Below, one piece after another: positions 35,827 to 44,224 of a stretch of DNA of 56,371 nucleotides. Made by a program: the position numbers and the translations under genes. Position 1 is the first letter of the stretch. Each line of letters opens with the position of its first letter. Under the pieces are notes generated by a model that was not told where the DNA came from, ran no database searches, and saw nothing but the letters and a program-made list of their open reading frames with translations. Origin of the DNA: Alphaproteobacteria bacterium (lineage in GTDB: Bacteria > Pseudomonadota > Alphaproteobacteria > Micavibrionales > UBA1664). The stretch covers positions 1 to 56,371 of the forward strand of contig JAMIFL010000128.1 of the NCBI GenBank assembly GCA_035906295.1. The letters run 5' to 3'.

Positions 35827-36549
35827 ATGCGAAGCAGCATCAAGAAATTCGATAAATCGATCCCCCCGCCCATGCAGGATTTCCTGCAGATTCCGTACGA
35901 AACACAGGCACCCAGCCCTGAATTCTGGGGCGAGGATTACAGCCACCGTTACCAGCAGCATGTGAGCACGCAGAAGAAGCGTTTCCTGCATGCCGTGCTG
36001 AGTTCCGTATTCGCCCATGCGGGCGGGCAGCGCGTTCTGCCGCGCATCGGCATCAATTCCCTGCTTTCAGGCGCGCATGCCGTGCTGGAATCGCGCGTCG
36101 GTTCAGGCACGCATGTGCCGATGATGAGCGACCGCCTGACCCACGTGGTGACCGACGGCCGCCACCCGGACCGCGCACTTATCGTTTCTTACGACCACCA
36201 CATGGTTTACGCGCTGAAGGGGCTTATCGACCGGCTGAACCCGACGCACCAGTACAACAGCCAGAAGGCCCCGACGGTGGACGCGTGCACCGAGCTTTAT
36301 TCCCGCGACGCCAAGGGCCGGGTGCGCCCTTCCGGCGCGATGCTGGTCATCCGCAACTTCCAGCACCTGGCGGTTACCGAAGATACGCTGGGCAGCGTGT
36401 ACAGCGAGGGCTGCCACACCAACCGCGTCTACATCGAGCTGGCGCAGCAGTTGAGCAGCCAGGTGCGCGGCGGCGGCGCCAGCGCATCAGGCATGCAACA
36501 GGGCCGTGGCCCGAACCATATGCCGGCGATGCGTTACGCAGTGGCTTGA
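35827..36549 (+). CDS. Hypothetical protein (240 aa)
   Basis: ORF with ordinary composition. AGGGAA about 10 nt upstream and a strong promoter upstream. No family recognised. Confidence 0.55.
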   Translation: MRSSIKKFDKSIPPPMQDFLQIPYETQAPSPEFWGEDYSHRYQQHVSTQKKRFLHAVLSSVFAHAGGQRVLPRIGINSLLSGAHAVLESRVGSGTHVPMMSDRLTHVVTDGRHPDRALIVSYDHHMVYALKGLIDRLNPTHQYNSQKAPTVDACTELYSRDAKGRVRPSGAMLVIRNFQHLAVTEDTLGSVYSEGCHTNRVYIELAQQLSSQVRGGGASASGMQQGRGPNHMPAMRYAVA

Positions 36550-36625
36550 GCCCCCGCAGATGCGGTGCGCGGTAGTCTAAGCCCCGCAGATGCGGTGCGC
36601 CGCGGCTTAACCCCGGCGGATGCAC
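36545..36625. repeat. Three degenerate tandem units (about 30 nt) with CCGCA-GA-TGCGG hairpins
   Basis: CTTGAGCCCCCGCAGATGCGGTGCGCGGTAGT / CTAAGCCCCGCAGATGCGGTGCGCCGCGG / CTTAACCCCGGCGGATGCAC. Confidence 0.75.
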
Positions 36626-36628
36626 AAA

Positions 36629-36660
36629 CAAAAAAACGGCCCCTGTAACGGGGCCGTTTT
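36629..36660. terminator. Bidirectional terminator (rplQ / hypothetical gene)
   Basis: AAAAAAACGGCCCC-tgtaac-GGGGCCGTTTT. Confidence 0.8.
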
Positions 36661-36680
36661 GTATTTCGTACCGGCGTTTC

Positions 36681-37235
36681 TTAGCCGCCCGAGGAGACGC
36701 GACGCGGGGCCGCAGCCTTGGCAGCGGTCTGGCCTTTTTTGCCACCGGGTTTGCCGCCTTTGGGCGCGCCGATTTTTTTCGGGGCGGCCTTGCGGACGGT
36801 TTTCTTTTTCTCGGCGCCTTCTTCGGCGGTTTCTTCGGTTTCGACCGGGCCGGAATCGGCGCCTTTGGCAGCCGGGTCACGGTCAACCAGTTCGATGACG
36901 GCCAGCGGGGCGTTGTCGCCGTAACGGAAACCGGCTTTCATGATGCGGCAGTAGCCGCCCGAACGTTCGGCGTAGCGCGGGGCCAGCGTGTCGAACATCT
37001 TGGCGACGAGGTCGGCATCGCGCAGGCGGGCGATGGCAAGGCGACGGTTTGCGAGGCCGCCTTTTTTGGCCAGCGTGATCAGTTTTTCAACGATCGGGCG
37101 CAGGTCTTTCGCTTTCGGCAGGGTGGTCACGATCTGCTCGTGCTTGATGAGGGCCTGGGCGAGGTTGGAAAACAGGGCGCGGCGGTGGCCAGACGTGCGC
37201 GAGAATTTACGGCCTTTCATGCGGTGGGTAGACAT
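36681..37235 (-). CDS. rplQ: 50S ribosomal protein L17 with long C-terminal extension
   Basis: Start set at ATG 37235: [38 protein letters not shown]. The C-terminus adds about 50 acidic then K/A/G/P-rich residues. Confidence 0.93.
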   Translation of the reverse strand: MSTHRMKGRKFSRTSGHRRALFSNLAQALIKHEQIVTTLPKAKDLRPIVEKLITLAKKGGLANRRLAIARLRDADLVAKMFDTLAPRYAERSGGYCRIMKAGFRYGDNAPLAVIELVDRDPAAKGADSGPVETEETAEEGAEKKKTVRKAAPKKIGAPKGGKPGGKKGQTAAKAAAPRRVSSGG

Positions 37236-37311
37236 TGTTCGACTTCCTTTTGGTTCATAGCGGGCCGTGTCACGGGTCACCGCTGTTTCGTTTAAGTTTT
37301 ACTTTTTGTTT

Positions 37312-37340
37312 GGTCGGGGTTGCTTACCAACTCCTCCCGT
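37312..37340 (-). promoter_or_regulatory. Conserved intergenic hairpin motif, copy 1 (upstream of rplQ)
   Basis: Sense strand ACGGGAGGAGTTGGTAAGCAACCCCGACC. 26/29 identical to the copy at 38922-38950. Confidence 0.5.
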
Positions 37341-37352
37341 CGGGGGTATTGG

Positions 37353-37378
37353 GGGAGCCGGTTTTGAGGCCGGCTCCC
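37353..37378 (-). other. Stable hairpin after rpoA (no U-run)
   Basis: GGGAGCCGG-8 nt-CCGGCTCCC starting 8 nt after the rpoA stop. Confidence 0.5.
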
Positions 37379-37385
37379 GTAATTC

Positions 37386-38408
37386 TTAGTACGGCTCTTC
37401 CAGTTTGCGGCGGAGATCTTCGATGTTCTCCGGCGGCCAACCATCGACCTGCATGCCGAGGTGGAGGCCCATGGTGGCGAGCACTTCCTTGATTTCGTTC
37501 AGCGACTTGCGGCCGAAGTTCGGCGTGCGCAGCATGTCGTTCTCCGACTTCTGCACGAGGTCGCCGATGTAGACGATGTTGTCGTTCTTCAGGCAGTTGG
37601 CCGAGCGGACCGACAGTTCGAGTTCCTCAACCTTGCGGAGCAGGTTGCGGTTGAACGGCAGTTCCGGTGCGGCGTCAGCGCGGGCGGCGGCAGCTTTCGG
37701 TTCATCGAAGTTGATGAAGACCTGAAGCTGGTCCTGGAGGATGCGGGCGGCGTAGGCGACCGAATCTTCCGGCGTGACAGCGCCGTTGGTTTCGATGTTG
37801 AGGGTCAGCTTGTCGTAGTCCGTGATCTGGCCGACGCGGGTGTCTTCCACCTCGTAGGAGATTTTGCGGACGGGCGAGAAGATGGAGTCGACCGGGATGA
37901 GGCCGACCGGCGATTCTTCCGGACGGTTCTGCGCGGCGGGGCGGTAGCCTTTGCCGGTGTTGACGGTCAGTTCCATGTTGAGGCGGCCGCCCTTGTCGAG
38001 CGTGCAGATGACGAGATCGGGGTTCATGATCTCGATGTCGGCGCCGGCTTCGATCATGCCTGCGGTGACTTCGCACGGGCCTTCGGCAGCGAGGCGCATT
38101 TTTTTCGGACCTTCGACGTGCATCGCAATGGCGATGTTCTTCACGTTGAGGATGATGTTCACGACATCTTCGCGCACGCCCGGGATGGACGAGAATTCAT
38201 GCAAAACGCCATCGATTTGAATGGCGGTGACGGCGGCGCCTTGCAGCGACGACAGCAGCACGCGGCGCAGGGCGTTGCCCAGGGTCAGGCCGAAGCCGCG
38301 TTCCAGCGGTTCAACGACGACGGTGCCGGACGAACGGGTGTTCGGACCTGCTTTTTTCACGTCGATCTTGGTCGGCTTGATCAGTTCTTGCCAGTTTTTC
38401 TGGATCAT
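37386..38408 (-). CDS. rpoA: DNA-directed RNA polymerase subunit alpha
   Basis: 340 aa, [15 protein letters not shown]..., C-terminal domain [24 protein letters not shown]. Confidence 0.97.
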   Translation of the reverse strand: MIQKNWQELIKPTKIDVKKAGPNTRSSGTVVVEPLERGFGLTLGNALRRVLLSSLQGAAVTAIQIDGVLHEFSSIPGVREDVVNIILNVKNIAIAMHVEGPKKMRLAAEGPCEVTAGMIEAGADIEIMNPDLVICTLDKGGRLNMELTVNTGKGYRPAAQNRPEESPVGLIPVDSIFSPVRKISYEVEDTRVGQITDYDKLTLNIETNGAVTPEDSVAYAARILQDQLQVFINFDEPKAAAARADAAPELPFNRNLLRKVEELELSVRSANCLKNDNIVYIGDLVQKSENDMLRTPNFGRKSLNEIKEVLATMGLHLGMQVDGWPPENIEDLRRKLEEPY

Positions 38409-38461
38409 TGGTTTACTACCTTTCTTATAACGTCATCCGGTTCTTAGCCGGCCTCTGGTTT

Positions 38462-38495
38462 AAAAAACCATGCGGGGGCACACGCCCCCGCATGG
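38462..38495 (-). terminator. Strong intrinsic terminator/attenuator between rpsK and rpoA
   Basis: Sense strand CCATGCGGGGGC-GTGT-GCCCCCGCATGG followed by TTTTTT (12-bp stem). Confidence 0.7.
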
Positions 38496-38507
38496 CGGTA
38501 ATTGCGA

Positions 38508-38903
38508 TTAAACGCGGCGGCGTTTGCGCGGGCGGCAGCCGTTGTGCGGGATCGGCGTGACGTCCTTGATGTTGGTGATGTTGAAGCCTGCGGATTGCAG
38601 GGCGCGCAGGGCGGATTCACGACCGGCGCCCGGGCCTTTGACTTCAACCGTGATTTCCTTCACGCCATGTTCCTGCGCCTTGCGGCCGGCTTCTTCCGCG
38701 CAGACCTGCGCCGCGAACGGCGTGGATTTGCGGGAACCCTTGAAGCCCATCATGCCGGCGGAGCACCAGGAAATGGTGTTGCCCTGGGCATCGGTGATGG
38801 TGACCATGGTGTTGTTGAAGGAGGCGTTCACTTTCGCGATGCCGACCGGGATGTTTTTGCGCGCGGATTTCTTGGTGCGCGGTGCTTCGTTCTGCTTGCT
38901 CAT
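38508..38903 (-). CDS. rpsK: 30S ribosomal protein S11
   Basis: 131 aa. [18 protein letters not shown]...[14 protein letters not shown]. Confidence 0.97.
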   Translation of the reverse strand: MSKQNEAPRTKKSARKNIPVGIAKVNASFNNTMVTITDAQGNTISWCSAGMMGFKGSRKSTPFAAQVCAEEAGRKAQEHGVKEITVEVKGPGAGRESALRALQSAGFNITNIKDVTPIPHNGCRPRKRRRV

Positions 38904-38921
38904 GTCTTATATCCTTGGTTG

Positions 38922-38950
38922 GGTCGGGTTTGCTTACCAAACCCTCCCGT
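38922..38950 (-). promoter_or_regulatory. Conserved intergenic hairpin motif, copy 2 (upstream of rpsK)
   Basis: Sense strand ACGGGAGGGTTTGGTAAGCAAACCCGACC. Perfect GGGTTTG-GTAAG-CAAACCC hairpin, 6 nt after the rpsM stop and 18 nt before the rpsK ATG. Confidence 0.5.
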
Positions 38951-38956
38951 TTGTCC

Positions 38957-39352
38957 TTATTTCTTCGTAGCCAGTTTCTTGCCGGCGATAGCTTTTGCCG
39001 GGCCTTTGCGGGTGCGTGCGTTGGTGTGCGTACGCTGGCCACGAACGGGCAGGTTTTTACGGTGACGGAGGCCGCGGTAGCAGGACATGTCCATCAGGCG
39101 TTTGATGTTGAGCGAGATTTCGCGGCGCAGTTCGCCTTCGACCTTGAAGTTCTGGTCGATCTGTTCGCGGATGCGGGCGATTTCGTCTTCCGACAGTTCG
39201 TTGACGCGCGGGAAGGAATTCTTCGCGTAGTCGCCGATTTTGCAGGCTTCCAGGATTTTCAGCGCGCTGGTGCGGCCGATACCGTGGATGTAGGTGAGCG
39301 CGATGTGAACACGCTTGTTGGTGGGGATGTTTACCCCTGCGATACGAGCCAT
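38957..39352 (-). CDS. rpsM: 30S ribosomal protein S13
   Basis: Start set at ATG 39352 ([26 protein letters not shown]), preceded by AAGGAG. Confidence 0.97.
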   Translation of the reverse strand: MARIAGVNIPTNKRVHIALTYIHGIGRTSALKILEACKIGDYAKNSFPRVNELSEDEIARIREQIDQNFKVEGELRREISLNIKRLMDMSCYRGLRHRKNLPVRGQRTHTNARTRKGPAKAIAGKKLATKK

Positions 39353-39481
39353 TTTATCTCCTTTGGCTTCGGTGCGCGCCGTTTTGCTGACGGCGAACAC
39401 ATTGACCCACGATGACAAACCATTGTATTCCGCCGCATTGCGGCTGACAGAAACGGGTCCCAATCTGTCCGGAACGGGCGC

Positions 39482-39510
39482 AATATATGGACCTGCCCCA
39501 TGGGCGTCAA
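39482..39510 (-). promoter_or_regulatory. Sigma70-like promoter for rpsM-rpsK(-rpoA-rplQ)
   Basis: Sense strand TTGACG (39510-39505), 17 nt, TATATT (39487-39482). Implies a structured leader of about 120 nt. Confidence 0.55.
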
Positions 39511-39561
39511 CACAATTTTCTGTGGATAAGCCGGGGATTCGGCTGGGGGATATGGAAAAAT

Positions 39562-39589
39562 AAAAAGCGCCGGGAAAGCCGGCGCTTTT
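39562..39589 (-). terminator. Intrinsic terminator after the outer-membrane protein gene
   Basis: Sense strand AAAAGCGCCGG-ctttc-CCGGCGCTTTTTATTTTT, starting 8 nt after the stop codon. Confidence 0.8.
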
Positions 39590-39597
39590 CTAGGGGC

Positions 39598-40560
39598 TTA
39601 CCATGCCGGGAGAGGCGCCTTGAGGCCGAGGCGGAAGATAGGCTCGCGCGGGATGTCGGTGCCGCTGTTTTCGTTGTTGAGCGCGAGGTCGATGCCACCG
39701 TTGAGCGTAAAGTGCCGGAAGGTGGCGGTGAGGCCCGCGGTTGCGGAAAACTGGGCCGTGTTCAGCGTGCCGTCGATGAAGCGGGTGTCGCGGGCGACGA
39801 GTTCGCCTTTCACGCCGGCGGTGACGGTGAAACCGACAGCGTCGTTCTGGCCTTCCGGCAGGGTGCCGGGGCCGGTGATTTCGGGCTTGCCGGTTGCGCC
39901 CTGCGTGCCGACCGAGAGGCCGAGATAGCCCAGAGCCGCCGTACGCTGGTTGCCGAGGGTGGCGATGCCCGCGGCATCGAGGCCGAGGCGCAGGCCGTCA
40001 TCGGAGCCAAGCAGGGTGTACGAGTCATCGAGGCGGACGGTCAGGGCGGTGACGGGGGTCACGCCATCGGTGGTGCGCGGGGAAACGCGGTTGCCGTTGA
40101 GACCCATGAAACGCCTGTGGAAGGCGAGGTTCACGCTTTCGGTGAAGTCGGAGACGAAGCCGTTCTGGAGGCCGACGGTGAGGCCCGCCTGTACGCGGTC
40201 GATGCCGCCGACGTCGTTGAATTCCTTACCCAGCGTGACAAACAGGGTGGAGGTATCGACGGTGCCTTTTTGCCAGCGGCCGGGTTTATCGCGCCAGACA
40301 TCGGCCATGGAGGGGGTGAAGGCTTCGATGCCAAGGCCCACGAACACATCGTTTTCAAGACGCAGGGCGGTTGTCAGGCGTTTGAGGTCGCCGTCCTGAT
40401 CGGAGCCCTGGCCCACGGCCACGGTATCGTCTTCGTAACGGATGGCGACGTCTTTGAGACGCGGGCCCTTGCCGTCGATTTCATCTGCGTAAACCTGTGC
40501 CGCGCCGAGAATGGCCAGACCGGCGAGGGCAGAAGCGCCCCATTTTTTCTTATTCATCAC
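39598..40560 (-). CDS. Outer-membrane beta-barrel protein, possibly LpxR (DUF2219) lipid A deacylase family
   Basis: Signal peptide MMNKKKWGASALAGLAILGAAQVYA. Alternating beta-strand pattern. C-terminal ...LGLKAPLPAW. LRLENDVF and FHRRFMGLNG weakly recall LpxR motifs. Confidence 0.7.
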   Translation of the reverse strand: MMNKKKWGASALAGLAILGAAQVYADEIDGKGPRLKDVAIRYEDDTVAVGQGSDQDGDLKRLTTALRLENDVFVGLGIEAFTPSMADVWRDKPGRWQKGTVDTSTLFVTLGKEFNDVGGIDRVQAGLTVGLQNGFVSDFTESVNLAFHRRFMGLNGNRVSPRTTDGVTPVTALTVRLDDSYTLLGSDDGLRLGLDAAGIATLGNQRTAALGYLGLSVGTQGATGKPEITGPGTLPEGQNDAVGFTVTAGVKGELVARDTRFIDGTLNTAQFSATAGLTATFRHFTLNGGIDLALNNENSGTDIPREPIFRLGLKAPLPAW

Positions 40561-40628
40561 ACACCCCTGTTTTATCTTTTTTTTGTCAGTAAGGGGTATC
40601 CTGCCGATTATTTTATGTAAAAGTCAAA

Positions 40629-41426
40629 TTAATCTTCGGATTTTGCCAATGCAGCCATGGTGGCCGCCACGTTGTGGACGCGCAGGATGCGCGCGCCCTT
40701 CCCCGCGGCGGTGACGGCGGCCATGGCGGAGGCGGCGTCGCGCTGTTCGGGGGCGGGGTCGCCGCCCATCATGCGGGCGATGAAGCGTTTGCGGGACAGG
40801 CCGCAGAGGACGGGGACGCCCAGCGCGGTGAAGCGACCGAAGTTTTCGAGCATCGCGATGTTGTGGTCGTATGTCTTGCCGAAGCCGAAGCCGGGGTCGG
40901 CGATGATGCGTTCATGCGCGATGCCGTGGGCAACGCAGGTTTCGATGCGATTCTGGAGCCATGCGAAAACGTCTTCGACCACGTCGTCATAAACGGGATT
41001 GTCCTGCATGTTTTCGGGTGTGCCCTGCATGTGCATGAGGCAGACGGGGCCGGTGGCGCGGGCCACGACGTCGAGCGCGCCTTCGCCGCGGAGGGCCGAA
41101 ATGTCGTTTATCATGTGGGCGCCGGCATCGAGCGCGGCGCGCATGGTTGCGGCGTTGCGCGTATCGACCGAGAGCATGGCGCCGCAGTCACGCAATGCAT
41201 GGATGACGGGGAGGATGCGGGCCTGTTCTTCCAGCGGGTCGAGGGGGGCGGCGCCGGGCCTTGTCGATTCACCGCCTATGTCGATGAGGCGGGCGCCCTG
41301 TTTTACCATGGCGCGGGCGTGGTCCACCGCGGCCTGCACCTGATAGAACTTGCCGCCGTCGGAGAAGGAATCGGGCGTCACGTTGCAGATGCCCATGACG
41401 AGGATTTTTTCCGGGGGCAACTGCAT
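40629..41426 (-). CDS. folP: Dihydropteroate synthase
   Basis: VMGICNVTPDSFSDGG, IDIGGESTRPGA, GFGFGKT. Confidence 0.93.
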   Translation of the reverse strand: MQLPPEKILVMGICNVTPDSFSDGGKFYQVQAAVDHARAMVKQGARLIDIGGESTRPGAAPLDPLEEQARILPVIHALRDCGAMLSVDTRNAATMRAALDAGAHMINDISALRGEGALDVVARATGPVCLMHMQGTPENMQDNPVYDDVVEDVFAWLQNRIETCVAHGIAHERIIADPGFGFGKTYDHNIAMLENFGRFTALGVPVLCGLSRKRFIARMMGGDPAPEQRDAASAMAAVTAAGKGARILRVHNVAATMAALAKSED

Positions 41427-41917
41427 CAGAGGGTTTCCGGGGTTGCGATTTGGTCAGCCGGGAGGCGGGCGATGAGGTCGGCCAGCGTGGTTTTGCTGAC
41501 GGGGTGCATCCAGTCGGGCGCGACATCGCGCAGCGGCAGGAGGACGAAGGCGCGTTCATGCGCGCGGGGGTGGGGGACGATGAGTTCGGGTTTATCGAGG
41601 ATGTGGTCGCCGTGGGCGATGAGGTCCAGATCGATGACGCGGGGGGCGTTGCGTTCGGCGCGGACGCGGCCCATGTCGTTTTCGATTGTCTGCAGCAGTT
41701 CGAGCAGGGCATAGGGCCCTAAGTCGGTTTCCAGCTTCACTACGGCGTTGTGGTACCAGGGCTGGTCGGATTCAGGGATGGGTTTGGTGATGAAAATGCG
41801 CGACAGGGCTGCGATGCGCAGGCCGTTTTCGCGCAGGCGGTCGGTGGCGGCCATGAGCGCTGCGCGGGGCGATGCGAAGACGCCCGGCAGGTTTGCGCCC
41901 AGCGCCACCAAAATCAC
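41426..41917 (-). CDS. folK: 2-amino-4-hydroxy-6-hydroxymethyldihydropteridine diphosphokinase
   Basis: MILVALGANL..., PRVIDLDLIAHGD, LIVPHPRAHERAFVLLPL. 1-nt TGATG overlap with folP. Confidence 0.9.
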   Translation of the reverse strand: MILVALGANLPGVFASPRAALMAATDRLRENGLRIAALSRIFITKPIPESDQPWYHNAVVKLETDLGPYALLELLQTIENDMGRVRAERNAPRVIDLDLIAHGDHILDKPELIVPHPRAHERAFVLLPLRDVAPDWMHPVSKTTLADLIARLPADQIATPETL

Positions 41918-41957
41918 GCCGGCCCCGCGGGGTGCGGGTGGGCGTGACGGCTATCAG

Positions 41958-42563
41958 TCAGGCTTTTTTTTTAGGCAGCAGCGAGTCGATCTTCGCGGAG
42001 ACGTCGGCGATGGGCTGCATGCCGTCGATGCGGTTGAGCAGGCCTTTCGCTTCGTAATACGGGGACAGTTCGGCCGTGAAGGTCTTGTATTCGCGGATGC
42101 GGCGTTCGACGACTTCGGGTTTGTCGTCCTTGCGCACCGGCAGGCCCTGCGCCTCGGTCTCGGCGGCGCGTTTGCGGACGCGGTCGAGGATGATGTTTTC
42201 ATCGACCACGAGGTCGATGACGACGTCGATTTTGCAGCCCTGTTTCGCCAGCATTTTTTCGAGCGCCTCGGCCTGCGGGATGGTGCGGGTGACGCCGTCG
42301 AAGATGACGCCGTTGGCGCAGTCCGGCTGCCGGATGCGGTTTTCGATCATCTCGATGATGATGTCGTCGGACACGAGCTGGCCTGCGTCCATGATGGACT
42401 GGACCTTCTGGCCCAGCGGGGTGTTGCCGGTGATTTCCGCACGCAGCATGTCGCCGGTGGAGAGCTGGACCAAGCCGTATTTTTCCTCAAGGACCTTGGA
42501 CTGGGTGCCCTTACCGGCACCCGGGGGGCCCATGAGGATGATGTTGAGGGGCGACTGGCTCAT
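41958..42563 (-). CDS. adk: Adenylate kinase
   Basis: P-loop ILMGPPGAGKGTQ. 201 aa, directly downstream of secY. Confidence 0.95.
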   Translation of the reverse strand: MSQSPLNIILMGPPGAGKGTQSKVLEEKYGLVQLSTGDMLRAEITGNTPLGQKVQSIMDAGQLVSDDIIIEMIENRIRQPDCANGVIFDGVTRTIPQAEALEKMLAKQGCKIDVVIDLVVDENIILDRVRKRAAETEAQGLPVRKDDKPEVVERRIREYKTFTAELSPYYEAKGLLNRIDGMQPIADVSAKIDSLLPKKKA

Positions 42564-42572
42564 CGGTCTCTC

Positions 42573-43916
42573 TTATCTACGGCCACGCAGGCGTTGTTTG
42601 CGGATGAGGCCCTCATACTGGTGGGCGACCATGTGGGCGTGGATCTGGGCCACCGTGTCCATGGTCACGGACACCACAATCAGCAGCGAGGTGCCGCCGA
42701 AGTAGAAGGGCATCGCGAACTTGGAAATCAGGAATTCCGGCAGAAGGCAGATGAAGATGATGTACATGGCACCGATGGCCGTGAGGCGGGTGAGCACGAA
42801 ATCAAGATATTCAGCCGTTTGCTGGCCCGGGCGGATGCCGGGGATGAAGCCGCCGTACTTCTTGAGCATGTCCGCGTTTTCCTTCGGGTTGAAGACGATG
42901 GCGGTGTAGAAGAAGCAGAAGAACGCGATCATGAGACCGTACAAAATCATGTAGGTCGGCTGGCCGTGTTGCAGGGCGCGGGCGATGGTGGAGACGATGT
43001 CGCCCCCTTCCCCGCCGGCGAAGCCGACCAGCGTGACCGGCAGCAGCAGCAGGGAGGATGCGAAGATGGGCGGGATGACGCCCGCGGTGTTGAGCTTCAG
43101 CGGCAGGTGCGACAATTGCGCCGCGGCCATCTGATTGGCGCCGACCTGTCGGCGCGGGTATTGCACCGGGATACGGCGCTGCGCGCGTTCCATGAAGATG
43201 ATGAGGACGATGACGCCCAGCACCATGGCGAAGATGCCGAGAAGGACCGGGAAGGAGAACTGGCCCTGACGCCCCAGTTCCAGCACGCTTGCGATGGCGC
43301 GCGGCAATTCGGCCACGATACCGGCGAAGATGAGGATGGAGGTGCCGTTGCCGACGCCGCGCTGGGTAATCTGCTCGCCCAGCCACATGAGGAAGACCGT
43401 GCCGCCGACGATGGTGATGACGGTGGAGATGCGGAAGAACAGGCCCGGGTTGATGACGGCGGAGCCGTTGGGCCCCTGCATGCCTTCAAGGCCTGCGGCC
43501 AGACCCCATGCCTGCACGCAGGCGAGGATGACCGTAAGGTAGCGGGTGTACTGGTTGATGCGGATGCGGCCCATTTCGCCTTCCTTTTTAATCGCCTCGA
43601 GCGAGGGGACCATGGAGGATGCGAGCTGCATGATGATGGAGGCCGAGATGTACGGCATGATGTTCAGCGCGAAGATGGTCATACGCTTGAGCGCGCCACC
43701 GGCGAACATGTTGAACATATCGAGGATGCCGCCAGCCTTCTGGGTGTAAATCTGGTTCCAGGCGGCGATGTCGATGCCCGGCAGCGGGATGTGCGTACCG
43801 ATGCGGTAGATGATGAGCGCGCCGAGCACGAAAAGCAGGCGTTGCTTGAGTTCAGCGGCCTTGGCGAAGGCGCCCCAGTTCATTTGCGAGGCCAGTTGTT
43901 CAGCGGCTGAAGCCAT
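42573..43916 (-). CDS. secY: Preprotein translocase subunit SecY
   Basis: 447 aa, 10 TM-like segments, conserved LNIMPYISASII and GGTSLLIVV. Confidence 0.97.
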   Translation of the reverse strand: MASAAEQLASQMNWGAFAKAAELKQRLLFVLGALIIYRIGTHIPLPGIDIAAWNQIYTQKAGGILDMFNMFAGGALKRMTIFALNIMPYISASIIMQLASSMVPSLEAIKKEGEMGRIRINQYTRYLTVILACVQAWGLAAGLEGMQGPNGSAVINPGLFFRISTVITIVGGTVFLMWLGEQITQRGVGNGTSILIFAGIVAELPRAIASVLELGRQGQFSFPVLLGIFAMVLGVIVLIIFMERAQRRIPVQYPRRQVGANQMAAAQLSHLPLKLNTAGVIPPIFASSLLLLPVTLVGFAGGEGGDIVSTIARALQHGQPTYMILYGLMIAFFCFFYTAIVFNPKENADMLKKYGGFIPGIRPGQQTAEYLDFVLTRLTAIGAMYIIFICLLPEFLISKFAMPFYFGGTSLLIVVSVTMDTVAQIHAHMVAHQYEGLIRKQRLRGRR

Positions 43917-44224
43917 ATTCGTAAACCCTTATATGCGTGTTTAAGGCTGCACACTACAAAGCCGCCACCCCCCACGTCAATGCGGAGTTGTTGACAATGT
44001 TGCGGCGCTTCAGGCAAGGTAGTCGGCGATGAACACGGTCCTGCACTCCGCACGATTTTATTACTGGTATTCCCTTTAAGGGTCTGCCGGTTTTACGACG
44101 TTCATCGAACATCAGAAAAAGCCCCAAGGCCCTTCCGGTACGGATAAGGGCCTTTTTCATCGGCTTCCCCTTTCCCACCGGATCAAAAAGCCAAGAGGCC
44201 GGATAGAGGAAAGAGAAATACACA

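Noticed and set aside
39521-39529. Perfect DnaA box TGTGGATAA, considered as a sign of a replication origin (also given the nearby-type rpmH-rnpA-yidC cluster at 5.9-8.7 kb)
   Set aside because: This is a single box and I could find no cluster of boxes or AT-rich unwinding element by eye. No dnaA or dnaN is adjacent to rpmH. At most it is a possible DnaA-responsive site at the rpsM promoter.
41748-43910. 720-aa plus-strand ORF opposite folK-adk-secY
   Set aside because: It spans three well-supported minus-strand genes and has antisense-type G/D/A/R-rich composition.
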